DNA of 63,847 bases, taken from NCBI GenBank assembly GCA_964657675.1, contig CAZZWE010000003.1:1-63847 (forward strand), in the 5' to 3' direction. Source of the DNA: an uncultured Steroidobacteraceae bacterium. GTDB lineage: Bacteria > Pseudomonadota > Gammaproteobacteria > Steroidobacterales > Steroidobacteraceae. Shown piece after piece: positions 10,126-18,571 of the stretch. Each line of letters opens with the position of its first letter. Positions within the stretch are counted from its first letter, which is position 1. The position numbers and the translations under genes were made by a program. A model generated the notes under the pieces. The model was given only the letters and a program-made list of their open reading frames with translations, was not told where the DNA came from and did no database searches.

Positions 10126-12387
10126 ATGATTTTCAAACCACGCTCGATGCGGCGATCAGCCGCACGTTACTTAACTGCAGCATCATTGTGTGCGGCGATG
10201 CACCCAGCTTGGAGTCAGGTCGCCGCGGCGCCCAGCGATTCCGGCCTCGATGAAATCACAGTCACCGCCACTCGCCGGGCGGCCACCTTGATCGACACCG
10301 CCGCCTCGATCTCCGCCGTAGGCGCGGATGCGCTGAAGCCGGGTGGCATCACCGACATCAGTGACCTTGCTCAAGAGGTGCCTAACATGTCGGTGGGCAA
10401 CCAATTCGGCGTCAATCGCACTTTCATCCGCGGCATCGGGCTCACCAGCATCGATTTGGGCGCGGATGGCGCGGTCGCATTCCTGCAAAACGGCGCGCAA
10501 ATCCCGCTGCCCGCCGAGCAGTTGGCGGGATTCTTCGACCTCGATCGGGTCGAAGTGCTGCGCGGTCCACAGGGCACGCTTTACGGCCGCAGCGCCACCG
10601 CCGGTGTGGTCGACATGGTCACCAAGAAGCCGACAGATACCCTCGAAGGCTATGCAGACCTCACCTTCGGCAATTATGCCGACAAGCTTTTTGAGGGAGC
10701 GATTGGCGGCCCGATCAACGACATCGTCTCCGCGAGAATCGCGGCCAACATCGAGAAGCGCGACGGCTTCGGCCACAATCTCTTCACGGGTACGCAGATC
10801 GACGACCGCGATTCGCAAGCGGTTCGCGCCAGCATCCGGATCAAGCCCCAAGACAAGCTGGTCATCGACCTGATAGTCGATTACTCGCATGAAGATGACG
10901 ATAATTACGCGTTTCATTACTTCGGTCCGACGACCGTCCCGAACGCGGGACTGCCGGCTGTCGCGCTGTTTGGCGCTTCCACCATTTTCAACTGCTGCGG
11001 CACGTCGAATCCCAACCTGCGCAATATTTGGTCGAGTGTAGATCCCACCAACAAACGGCACGGAATGGGCGGAACTGCCATCGTAGAGTATTCGCCCGAT
11101 GACTGGGATTTCAAAAGCATCACCGCCTATCGCAACTACAATCGCTTCAACGCGGACGATCTGGCCGTCTCGAATGCGGACATTTATGGCCGCAACAACT
11201 ATGACGAGACCAGCCAGTCCTACAGCCAAGATTTCACCGTCGGCAAGAATGCGCTCGGTATCGACTGGCTCGCGGGCCTGAGTTATTTTCACGAACGTCG
11301 CTACGGCAGTGTCTATGTGCCCACCAAGGGCCTCGGCGTGACGTTGACGGGCGGCGATTGCACACCGCTGGTGGCCGGCGCTGCCGCCCCCTGCGACTCC
11401 CAAGATGAAGGGGAGTACCTGCAAGAGGGCACCGTGGTCAGCAATGCGTGGGGCGTTTTTGTTCAAGGCGTGAAGAACTTCGATGAGCACTGGACCCTCA
11501 CCCTCGGCGGTCGATTCAGTCACGAGGAACGCGCCGGCACGGGCGCCTTCATTTTCACCGCGCTGGGCGCGGACGTGAACACCGATCAGTCGGCGGATTG
11601 GAATGCCTTCACGCCAAAACTTTTGCTGGAATACCGAATCAATTCGGACGCCTTGGTCTACGCCAGCATCAACAGGGGATTCAAGTCCGGTGTGATCAAC
11701 ATCGGCAGCGAGAACCCGGTCATCAACCCCGAATACGTGTGGGCCTACGAAACCGGGCTCAAGCTGAAGGCTTTGGACAATCGAGTGGAATTTTCGACCG
11801 CCGCATTCTTTTACGACTACAAGGATTTGCAGGTGGGTTTCGTCAATCAACAGAGCGTGGTGGAGACCGTCAACGCAGCCTCTGCCCACAATTTCGGCGT
11901 AGAGACCGAGGTCGTCGCGAAACTGATTCCACATCTGCAGGTCAATCTGGCGGCGACCTATCTGAGCGCCAAGTACACCCAATTCACCAACTCCTATTAC
12001 GGTGACAACTTTGCCCCCGTCAATGTGTCAGGGAACTACTTGGATAACGCGCCTCCCTACACGGCGCGCTTAGGGTTGACCTACGATGTTCCGCTCGGCG
12101 CGGCGGGCACTGTGCTGATCAAGGCCGAAGATGCCTACCAGGGCAGGGTCTATTTCACCGAGTTCAACAACGGTGATGCCACGCAGCCCGGCTACGGCAT
12201 GATCAACGCGAGCGCTGGCTGGGAATCCTTCGACAAGCACTGGAACGCGACGGCTTGGGTGCGTAATGCCGCGGACAAATTCGCACTGGCGAACGACATT
12301 ATTTCCGCTCCTCTGTATGCGAATGTCCGGGTCGGCACGTTGATGCCGCCGAGAACCTATGGATTGACGCTCGGATATCGTTTCTAA
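10126..12387 (+). CDS. TonB-dependent receptor
   Basis: Signal peptide, TonB-box-like DEITVTATRR, plug motifs (VEVLRGPQGTLYG) and a C-terminal aromatic residue (TLGYRF). Confidence 0.9.
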   Translation: MIFKPRSMRRSAARYLTAASLCAAMHPAWSQVAAAPSDSGLDEITVTATRRAATLIDTAASISAVGADALKPGGITDISDLAQEVPNMSVGNQFGVNRTFIRGIGLTSIDLGADGAVAFLQNGAQIPLPAEQLAGFFDLDRVEVLRGPQGTLYGRSATAGVVDMVTKKPTDTLEGYADLTFGNYADKLFEGAIGGPINDIVSARIAANIEKRDGFGHNLFTGTQIDDRDSQAVRASIRIKPQDKLVIDLIVDYSHEDDDNYAFHYFGPTTVPNAGLPAVALFGASTIFNCCGTSNPNLRNIWSSVDPTNKRHGMGGTAIVEYSPDDWDFKSITAYRNYNRFNADDLAVSNADIYGRNNYDETSQSYSQDFTVGKNALGIDWLAGLSYFHERRYGSVYVPTKGLGVTLTGGDCTPLVAGAAAPCDSQDEGEYLQEGTVVSNAWGVFVQGVKNFDEHWTLTLGGRFSHEERAGTGAFIFTALGADVNTDQSADWNAFTPKLLLEYRINSDALVYASINRGFKSGVINIGSENPVINPEYVWAYETGLKLKALDNRVEFSTAAFFYDYKDLQVGFVNQQSVVETVNAASAHNFGVETEVVAKLIPHLQVNLAATYLSAKYTQFTNSYYGDNFAPVNVSGNYLDNAPPYTARLGLTYDVPLGAAGTVLIKAEDAYQGRVYFTEFNNGDATQPGYGMINASAGWESFDKHWNATAWVRNAADKFALANDIISAPLYANVRVGTLMPPRTYGLTLGYRF

Positions 12388-12400
12388 ATCAGCCCGGTGC

Positions 12401-12429
12401 GCACTCCCCGAACCTAAATCGGGGAGTGC
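12401..12429 (+). terminator. perfect 11-bp stem hairpin downstream of the TonB receptor gene
   Basis: GCACTCCCCGA-acctaaa-TCGGGGAGTGC begins 14 nt after the stop codon. No U-tract follows, so it is not a canonical intrinsic terminator. Confidence 0.45.
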
Positions 12430-12507
12430 CGCAACTACATCCTCAGCACGCTGGCGCAAGTTCGCATATAGTTCAGCGGTAGCCACTCACAACAGAAGCT
12501 TGCCGCC

Positions 12508-12669
12508 ATGAGAATCCTGCATGTCCTCGGAGTCCTGTTCATTATTGCTTGGCTGGTGCTCTGGCTCGCCATCAAAGTCACATTTGCGGCCGTTCATGCC
12601 CTGGTCATCATCGGTGTCATTCTGATTATCGCGGGCCTCTTGGCGGGCCGATCGTCGGCGGCGAAATAA
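12508..12669 (+). CDS. small two-TM membrane protein (53 aa, lmo0937-like)
   Basis: I translated this by hand; it is below the ORF-track size cutoff: MRILHVLGVLFIIAWLVLWLAIKVTFAAVHALVIIGVILIIAGLLAGRSSAAK. It has two hydrophobic helices, a basic tail and high GC3. Confidence 0.5.
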   Translation: MRILHVLGVLFIIAWLVLWLAIKVTFAAVHALVIIGVILIIAGLLAGRSSAAK

Positions 12670-12699
12670 CCAACGAGTCTTCGCTGTCGGAGACCTCTT

Positions 12700-13170
12700 T
12701 TGAGCCAATCCAGCATTAAAATCCTGCCGGCGGATCTAGGCAACGCAGGCATCGTCAAACTCCTGATCGATCACTTTCACACAGCACGAGCGCAAACCGC
12801 GCCGGGCAGCGCGCACGCTTTGGATCTCAAGGCGCTTGAAACTTCCGATATCTCGGTGTGGGCTGTGTGGAATGAGACAACACCCCTGGGCGTCGGCGCC
12901 TTGAAACGTCTGTCAGCAGCACACGGCGAGATCAAGTCGATGTATACCTCGCCGGCCGCGCGCCGGTGCGGCGTCGCGCAATCCATGCTGTCTCACATCG
13001 TATCGGTCGCGCGGCAGGAAGGCCTCAAGCGCTTATCACTCGAAACTGGCTCCTGGCCCTACTTCGAACCGGCTAGATCGCTGTATAGAAAGTGTGGTTT
13101 CAGCGAATGTGGACCCTTTGGCGATTATCAGCCCGACGTGAATAGCGTTTTTCTAACCTTGCCCCTATGA
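12700..13170 (+). CDS. GNAT family N-acetyltransferase
   Basis: Acetyl-CoA binding region IKSMYTSPAARRCGVAQSMLSHI. TTG start. ATGA overlap with the next gene. Confidence 0.8.
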   Translation: MSQSSIKILPADLGNAGIVKLLIDHFHTARAQTAPGSAHALDLKALETSDISVWAVWNETTPLGVGALKRLSAAHGEIKSMYTSPAARRCGVAQSMLSHIVSVARQEGLKRLSLETGSWPYFEPARSLYRKCGFSECGPFGDYQPDVNSVFLTLPL

Positions 13171-13904
13171 AAATTGCGGCCATATCCGACATTCACGGAA
13201 ATCTTCTGGCGCTCGACGCAGTGCTCGAGGACATCCGCACCCAAGGCGCCGACATAATCGTCAACCTAGGCGATCTGGTGTCGGGCCCTTTACAGCCTCA
13301 GGAGACCGCTGCGCGCCTGATCGCCCTGCACGCACCGACCGTCCGGGGCAATCACGAACGCTACGTGCTTCGCGGCGACCCAGCACGCATGGGGCCCTCT
13401 GACCGCTATGCATTCGAAACATTGCTCGATGCGCAGCGCCAATGGATTGCGAATCTGCCGGCGACTCACTGGCTGCAGGACGATGTGCTGCTGGTCCACG
13501 GTACACCGCGCAGCGATGAAGAATATTTTCTCGAAACAGTCACCGCTCAAGGCTGCCGGGCCGCCACGTCGCCGGAGATCCTGGATCGGGCCGGCGACAT
13601 CCATGCCGCGTTAATCCTGTGTGGACATTCCCACGTGCCTCGAACCGTGGTGCTCAATGATGGCCGGATGATCGTAAATCCCGGCAGCGTGGGACTGCAG
13701 GCCTACGAATCTCACGACCCATTCGTGCATCGCATCGAGACCGACTCTGCGCACGCGCGCTATGCGTTGATCGAACGCCACGGCTCAACTTGGAAAGCCG
13801 AAATCCGTCGCGTCGCCTATGACTGGCACAGCGCTGCGAAAATGGCCCTGGAACACGGCCGCATCGATTGGCATAAACCTCTCATGACTGGACGAATGAG
13901 CTAA
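13167..13904 (+). CDS. metallophosphoesterase (YfcE/calcineurin-like)
   Basis: Motifs ISDIHGN, GDLV, GNHE and CGHSH. Confidence 0.85.
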   Translation: MKIAAISDIHGNLLALDAVLEDIRTQGADIIVNLGDLVSGPLQPQETAARLIALHAPTVRGNHERYVLRGDPARMGPSDRYAFETLLDAQRQWIANLPATHWLQDDVLLVHGTPRSDEEYFLETVTAQGCRAATSPEILDRAGDIHAALILCGHSHVPRTVVLNDGRMIVNPGSVGLQAYESHDPFVHRIETDSAHARYALIERHGSTWKAEIRRVAYDWHSAAKMALEHGRIDWHKPLMTGRMS

Positions 13905-14299
13905 CCGCCATCACGCGGGCGGCTAGGCGCTGCGGCGTCCGGCGCGAACACGCGCAACCGATGTTGATCGGGATCCAGCGCCACAAAGGTAAAGCCGAAG
14001 TCCAGGGCGACCGGCGTCTGCAGCATCTGAAGGCCGCGCTGGGTCCAATCGCGGTACAGCGATTCCACCGCCTCGCCGCTGGGCAATGCAAACGCAACTT
14101 CGACTGCGCCGGCCTCGGCGACCGAAGCCGGTTGGACGGTATGCTTAGACCAAAGTCCCAACTTGACTCCCGACTCCAAGACGAACAGCGCGAATGTGGG
14201 CGAATTTTCGACCGGTGTTTTTCCCAGCAGATCCGCGTAAAAAGCAGCGCTCTTCGCCGGATCATCGACATAGAGGATGAAGAAATTTGGATTCACCAT
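13901..14299 (-). CDS. VOC/glyoxalase-bleomycin-resistance family protein
   Basis: FFILYVDDPAKSAAFYADLLG is a typical VOC N-terminus. The internal ATG at 14299 is preceded by AAGGGG plus 7 nt. The ORF extends to 14359. Confidence 0.75.
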   Translation of the reverse strand: MVNPNFFILYVDDPAKSAAFYADLLGKTPVENSPTFALFVLESGVKLGLWSKHTVQPASVAEAGAVEVAFALPSGEAVESLYRDWTQRGLQMLQTPVALDFGFTFVALDPDQHRLRVFAPDAAAPSRPRDGG

Positions 14300-14379
14300 G
14301 AGACAGCCCCTTAACGTAAAGGATTTGGAGGCAGCCAGGATACGAGCCGTCGATGCCAAAAAATGTCAGCAGTCGCTGA

Positions 14380-15069
14380 TCAGGGCTCCGTGATTCCTTC
14401 GATGAGTCGCCACTCCTTGAGGAGAGCGGCGCGTCGACGCGAATAACGTTCATCCAGGAGGGTCATTGCAGAGATTCGATCAATTCGGAAATGCCGCATG
14501 TCTTGCCGCATTTCGCACCAGGCGACCACGACGCGAACCTGGTCGAAAAATCCCAGCGCGAACGGCCAAATCGTCCGTGTGGATTGCTTCTGCTTTAGAT
14601 CTTCATACCCGATGGTGAGTTTGCGTTCTGAGCGAATAGCAAAACGCACCGTGGCCAGCCCTTCATCGTTGGCGTCGGCGTCCGCCTTCGGACCCACCAG
14701 CAGCGTTGAATCATTCATCGCGATTCGCAAATCGATCGGCAATACGGCTTCGATTTTAGACAGCGCATTGCGCGCCGCCTCGGCCAAGCGGGAGTCGGCA
14801 CGGTCCGCGACCCAACGCGACCCCAACACCAGCGCCTCGATCTCCTCCTCGGAAAACATCAGCGGTGGCAGGACGAAGCCCGGTTTCAACACATACCCAA
14901 CGCCCGACTCGCCGTCGATCTGCGCTCCTTGCGCCTGCAGAGAGGCAATGTCCCGATAAAGCGTGCGCAAACTGACTTGCAGTTCCGAGGCCAATGCGGC
15001 GCCGCTCACCGGAAATCGGTGACGACGCAGAACTTGCATCAGCTGCAACAAGCGTTCGGCCCGAGACAT
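14380..15069 (-). CDS. YafY family transcriptional regulator (HTH + WYL domain)
   Basis: N-terminal HTH (LQVSLRTLYRDIASLQAQGAQI) and a C-terminal WYL-type region (WCEMRQDMRHFRIDRI). Confidence 0.85.
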   Translation of the reverse strand: MSRAERLLQLMQVLRRHRFPVSGAALASELQVSLRTLYRDIASLQAQGAQIDGESGVGYVLKPGFVLPPLMFSEEEIEALVLGSRWVADRADSRLAEAARNALSKIEAVLPIDLRIAMNDSTLLVGPKADADANDEGLATVRFAIRSERKLTIGYEDLKQKQSTRTIWPFALGFFDQVRVVVAWCEMRQDMRHFRIDRISAMTLLDERYSRRRAALLKEWRLIEGITEP

Positions 15070-15087
15070 TCCTTTAATTCCTCCATC

Positions 15088-15504
15088 CTAAAGATGCCGC
15101 GTCTCGGCCGGTGCCGATCCCCAGTTGTCATGCAGCCCATCGTAATAGGTGATGGGTGCCGCGAGAAGTTCGTTGAGGTCCACGCCCTCGAGGCAGGCCA
15201 CGTTGATGTTGTAGTAAGGCGCGCCGCTGTCGTTGGGCAGGTCGACCCGCTGAAACGGCCGAATACCGCAATGCCTGCAGAAAAAATGATGCGCGACCGG
15301 ATTATTGCCGCGAAAGTCTGTCAGTTCCTCCTCGCCACGTATCAACCGAACCCGTTTAGGCTTCGCGTCGGCACTCCAAAATCGGTCCTTGGCACAGATG
15401 GAGCAGTTGCACTTGCCCGTACCTGCGCTTAAGTCCAGGCACGCCTCGAAGCGGACAGCCCCGCAGTGACAATTGCCGACATACCATTTCTCCATGCCCT
15501 CCAT
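15088..15504 (-). CDS. GFA (glutathione-dependent formaldehyde-activating)/CENP-V family protein
   Basis: Zn-binding Cys motifs GNCHCGAVRF and CNCSICAK. The start is uncertain (ATG 15504 or 15495; the ORF opens at 15588). Confidence 0.75.
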   Translation of the reverse strand: MEGMEKWYVGNCHCGAVRFEACLDLSAGTGKCNCSICAKDRFWSADAKPKRVRLIRGEEELTDFRGNNPVAHHFFCRHCGIRPFQRVDLPNDSGAPYYNINVACLEGVDLNELLAAPITYYDGLHDNWGSAPAETRHL

Positions 15505-15587
15505 TCTATCGCACCAATGCGTACGAATCCGGAAGAGCCGCGCGAGGCTAAAAAGTACAGTGGCCACACTGAACCAAGAGGCCCGCA

Positions 15588-16229
15588 ATGATCACGCTGT
15601 ACGATTACCTGCCCTCGCAAAACGCCTACAAGGTACGGTTGCTGCTCAACCACCTGGATCGCTTCTACATGATGAAAGTCGTGCAGATCTTTGCGGGTGA
15701 AGGCCGTCATCCGGCGTTCCTCGCCAAGAATCCCACCGGCGCGGTGCCGGTGCTGGAACTCGACGATGGCCGTTTGCTCACCGAGTCGAATGCCATCCTG
15801 TTCTTCCTGGCTCAGGGCACTGCCTATCTTCCCTCCGATGCCTGGAGTCAGGCACAGGTCATGCGCTGGATGTTCTTCGAGGAAGACTACATTCAGAATG
15901 GCATCGCCTCCCTGCGCCATTGGACCCTGACCGGCAAGCTCGCGAAACGAAGCGCGGAAATGATTGCGGTCAAACAAACCCTGAGTCGCAAGACACTCGA
16001 CATCCTCAATCGTTGGATGCAGCGCCGCTCGTTCCTCACCGATGCGGGCTATAGCATCGCCGACATGAGCGTGTTTGCCTACGTCAGCCGCGCCAGCGAA
16101 GCCGGCATCGAATTGACGGCGTTTCCGGAAGTCGACCAATGGGTACGGCGGGTCCGATCACAGCCTAATTTTCTCGATGTTGTCCATCCCTATTCGATGG
16201 ATCCCGCTTCAGCGCAAGAACTTCCTTGA
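15588..16229 (+). CDS. glutathione S-transferase
   Basis: GST N-terminal thioredoxin-like fold (MITLYDYLPSQNAYKVRLLL, VPVLELDDG..LTESNAIL) plus a helical C-domain. Confidence 0.85.
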   Translation: MITLYDYLPSQNAYKVRLLLNHLDRFYMMKVVQIFAGEGRHPAFLAKNPTGAVPVLELDDGRLLTESNAILFFLAQGTAYLPSDAWSQAQVMRWMFFEEDYIQNGIASLRHWTLTGKLAKRSAEMIAVKQTLSRKTLDILNRWMQRRSFLTDAGYSIADMSVFAYVSRASEAGIELTAFPEVDQWVRRVRSQPNFLDVVHPYSMDPASAQELP

Positions 16230-16239
16230 GGAGACTCTA

Positions 16240-16314
16240 ATGTTCAAGCAAAAAACGACTACAGTCATCGGCATCGCCTTCACGGCGCTGATCATTATCA
16301 AGGTGCTTTCGTGA
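16240..16314 (+). CDS. candidate 24-codon hydrophobic mini-ORF (MFKQKTTTVIGIAFTALIIIKVLS)
   Basis: GAGGAG lies 6 nt upstream of the ATG. Its TGA overlaps the GTG start of the next gene (GTGA). GC3 is about 75 percent. No homology evidence is available. Confidence 0.3.
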   Translation: MFKQKTTTVIGIAFTALIIIKVLS

Positions 16315-17141
16315 TCGCAACGCGCCATGGCTCAAGGATCAACTGGCCGGAGGTCCTGAAGCGCGCTTGCGGCTTGATCGAGCGGGAAGCGCCGAGTCTG
16401 GACGATTTGGCGAGGGCGTTGGGCGTGGGCCGGTCGGAGTTGCAGCGACAATTCACGCGACGTCTGGGCGTCAGTCCCAAAGCCTATGCGCAAGCGCTCG
16501 CGCTTCACCGGCTGGCGGCGGGCGCAGCAGCAGGCCGAACGGCACTCGACGTCGTGTTCGACGCCGGCTTTGGCACCAACTCGGCGGCCTACGCCAACGC
16601 GTCCGGCACCCTCGGTGTGACGCCCGGGAAACTGCGCCGCGACCTGGATATCGGTTGGTGGATGGGACTGTCGGATCTGGGCTGGATGCTGATCGGCGCC
16701 ACCCACCGAGGTATCTGTTGGCTGACCTTCGGCCAGCAACCGGGCGCGATGCTGGAGGAGTTTCGCGCCGCCTTCCCCAAGGCGACTCTCTATAACGATG
16801 AGGCACGGCTGTACGCCTGGTTCGAACAAGTACGCGACTTCGTACTCTTGCCTCGCGAAGCGCTCGACCTGCCCCTGGATATTCAAGGCACGGCATTTCA
16901 ATCGCGGGTCTGGAAAGCGCTGCGCAAAATTCCATTGGGCGATACGGCCAATTACAAGCAGGTGGCGCAGCGTATCGGCGAGCCGGCTGCGACCCGCGCC
17001 GTGGCCTCGGCGTGCGCCAGAAATAAAATCGCCGTCCTCATACCCTGCCATCGTGTCATCGCATCCGACGGCAGTCTGGCCGGATACCGTTGGGGCATGG
17101 AACGCAAACGCGAGCTTCTACAGCGCGAGGGACAATCCTGA
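16311..17141 (+). CDS. AraC-type HTH fused to methylated-DNA-protein-cysteine methyltransferase (Ada/Ogt-like)
   Basis: C-terminal MGMT active site IPCHRVI. The N-terminal AraC-like HTH region contains ELQRQFTRRLGVSPKAYAQ. No Ada Zn-Cys N-domain is present. Confidence 0.85.
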   Translation: MIATRHGSRINWPEVLKRACGLIEREAPSLDDLARALGVGRSELQRQFTRRLGVSPKAYAQALALHRLAAGAAAGRTALDVVFDAGFGTNSAAYANASGTLGVTPGKLRRDLDIGWWMGLSDLGWMLIGATHRGICWLTFGQQPGAMLEEFRAAFPKATLYNDEARLYAWFEQVRDFVLLPREALDLPLDIQGTAFQSRVWKALRKIPLGDTANYKQVAQRIGEPAATRAVASACARNKIAVLIPCHRVIASDGSLAGYRWGMERKRELLQREGQS

Positions 17142-17146
17142 ACGCG

Positions 17147-18571
17147 TCAGCGAGACGCCACTTTCTGCGGGTCTTCCCATCCGCCGCCCAAGGAACGGAT
17201 CAGATCGACACTGGCGCTCAACTGCAGGGTATCGAGATTGAGCGACTGCAACCGAGCTTGCAGCAACGCGGTCTGGGACGTCACGACGTTCAAATAATCC
17301 GAGGCACCCTGCTTATAGAGGGTGGTCGAGAAATCCAGGGTACGCTGCGCCGCGTCAACGGCAGCGTTCTCTTCCTGAGCGGCATCGTTGTAATAATGCA
17401 GCTTGGCCAGTGCATCCTCGACCTCTTGAAAGGCGCCGACGGCGACCTCGCGGTAATTTGCGGCGGTCGCATCGAACTGCGCGCGGGCCTGCGCAACTTG
17501 CGCGCGCCGCAATCCGCCATCGAAAATGCTGACCACCGCGTTGGGACCGATGGCCCAGAACGTGCTCGGCGCGGTCAACCACTTCGAGAATGAGGTGCTT
17601 TGGTAGCCGCCTTGTCCCCCGATGGTGAGTGAAGGAAAGTAGGCGGCACGGGCCACGCCGATATTGGCATTGGCGGCAATCATGCGTCGCTGTGCGGCCG
17701 CAACGTCCGGGCGGCGCTCCAGCAGCGTGGCCGGCATTCCCGCCGGGATGGGCGGCAATTTGATGTCGACGATTTCCGGCGCGATCGAAAAACCAGAGGC
17801 CGGGACGCCAAGCAGCGCGGCAATGGCGTGTTCCATCACGGCACGTTGTGCGCCCACCTGTTTCAGCTGCGAGCGGGCGCTGCGCAGCTGCGTTTCCGCC
17901 TGACTGACATCGAGGCCGGGCGCGATTCCGGCGCCGTGGCGCTGCTGCGTGATGGTCAGCGCGTGATCGTAGGCCTTGACCGTATCGTCGAGAATCGCCA
18001 ACTCGCGATCCAGGCTGCGCAATTGCACGTAGTCATCGACCATCTGGGCGAGCAGCGACAGCCGCGCATTCTCGAGGTCCGCTCCCGCGGCCTGCGCATT
18101 GGCGCGGCCCTCCGCCACCTGATTGCGGATTTGACCCCACAAGTCCAGTTCGTAGCTGAACGTGCCGCCCAAGGTGTTGTTGTCATAGTAGTGCGGCGTC
18201 AACGAGGTGATCAGCGGCGCGTTGCGCGACTCCTTGGCGCGCGACACACCGGCGTTGGCGCCGATGGTCGGGAAAAATCCGGCACGCGCCTGATCTTCCA
18301 AAGCCCTCGCTTGATTGTAATTTGCCAGCGCGTTTGCAATGCTCGGGTTGCCTTCGATCAACTGCTTTTCCAAATCATCGATCTGGGGTGTTTGGTACAG
18401 GCTCCACCAGCTGTCGCGCGGCAGCCGATCCGCCGGCTGCGCCTGAACCCAACCATCCGCTTCCTTGAAATTCTCCGGCGCGGGAATGGTCGGCGTCGTC
18501 ATGCGCGGCGCCAGCGAGCAGCCGCCGAGCAGCACCGCCACTACGCCGGTCAGTCGCGATGTCCTAACCAT
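17147..18571 (-). CDS. RND efflux outer-membrane lipoprotein, NodT family (operon 1)
   Basis: Lipobox LLGGC. Motif RRPDVAAAQRRMIAANANIGVARAAYFP. The ORF extends to 18724; the likely start is ATG 18571 or 18586. Confidence 0.88.
   Translation of the reverse strand: MVRTSRLTGVVAVLLGGCSLAPRMTTPTIPAPENFKEADGWVQAQPADRLPRDSWWSLYQTPQIDDLEKQLIEGNPSIANALANYNQARALEDQARAGFFPTIGANAGVSRAKESRNAPLITSLTPHYYDNNTLGGTFSYELDLWGQIRNQVAEGRANAQAAGADLENARLSLLAQMVDDYVQLRSLDRELAILDDTVKAYDHALTITQQRHGAGIAPGLDVSQAETQLRSARSQLKQVGAQRAVMEHAIAALLGVPASGFSIAPEIVDIKLPPIPAGMPATLLERRPDVAAAQRRMIAANANIGVARAAYFPSLTIGGQGGYQSTSFSKWLTAPSTFWAIGPNAVVSIFDGGLRRAQVAQARAQFDATAANYREVAVGAFQEVEDALAKLHYYNDAAQEENAAVDAAQRTLDFSTTLYKQGASDYLNVVTSQTALLQARLQSLNLDTLQLSASVDLIRSLGGGWEDPQKVASR

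Noticed and set aside
10183-11982. 599-aa ORF antisense to the TonB-dependent receptor gene
   Set aside because: Its Arg/Gly/His/Asp-rich low-complexity translation is typical of stop-free antisense frames in high-GC DNA. The plus-strand gene has clear receptor motifs.
12487-12708. 73-aa minus-strand ORF listed in the track
   Set aside because: Its polar Arg/Asp/Gln-rich sequence lies opposite a much more plausible 53-aa hydrophobic membrane-protein ORF on the plus strand.
14380-15069. WYL-domain regulator as a marker of an anti-phage defence island
   Set aside because: Its neighbours are VOC, GFA, GST and Ogt detoxification genes. No nuclease, helicase, methylase or other defence-type genes are nearby.
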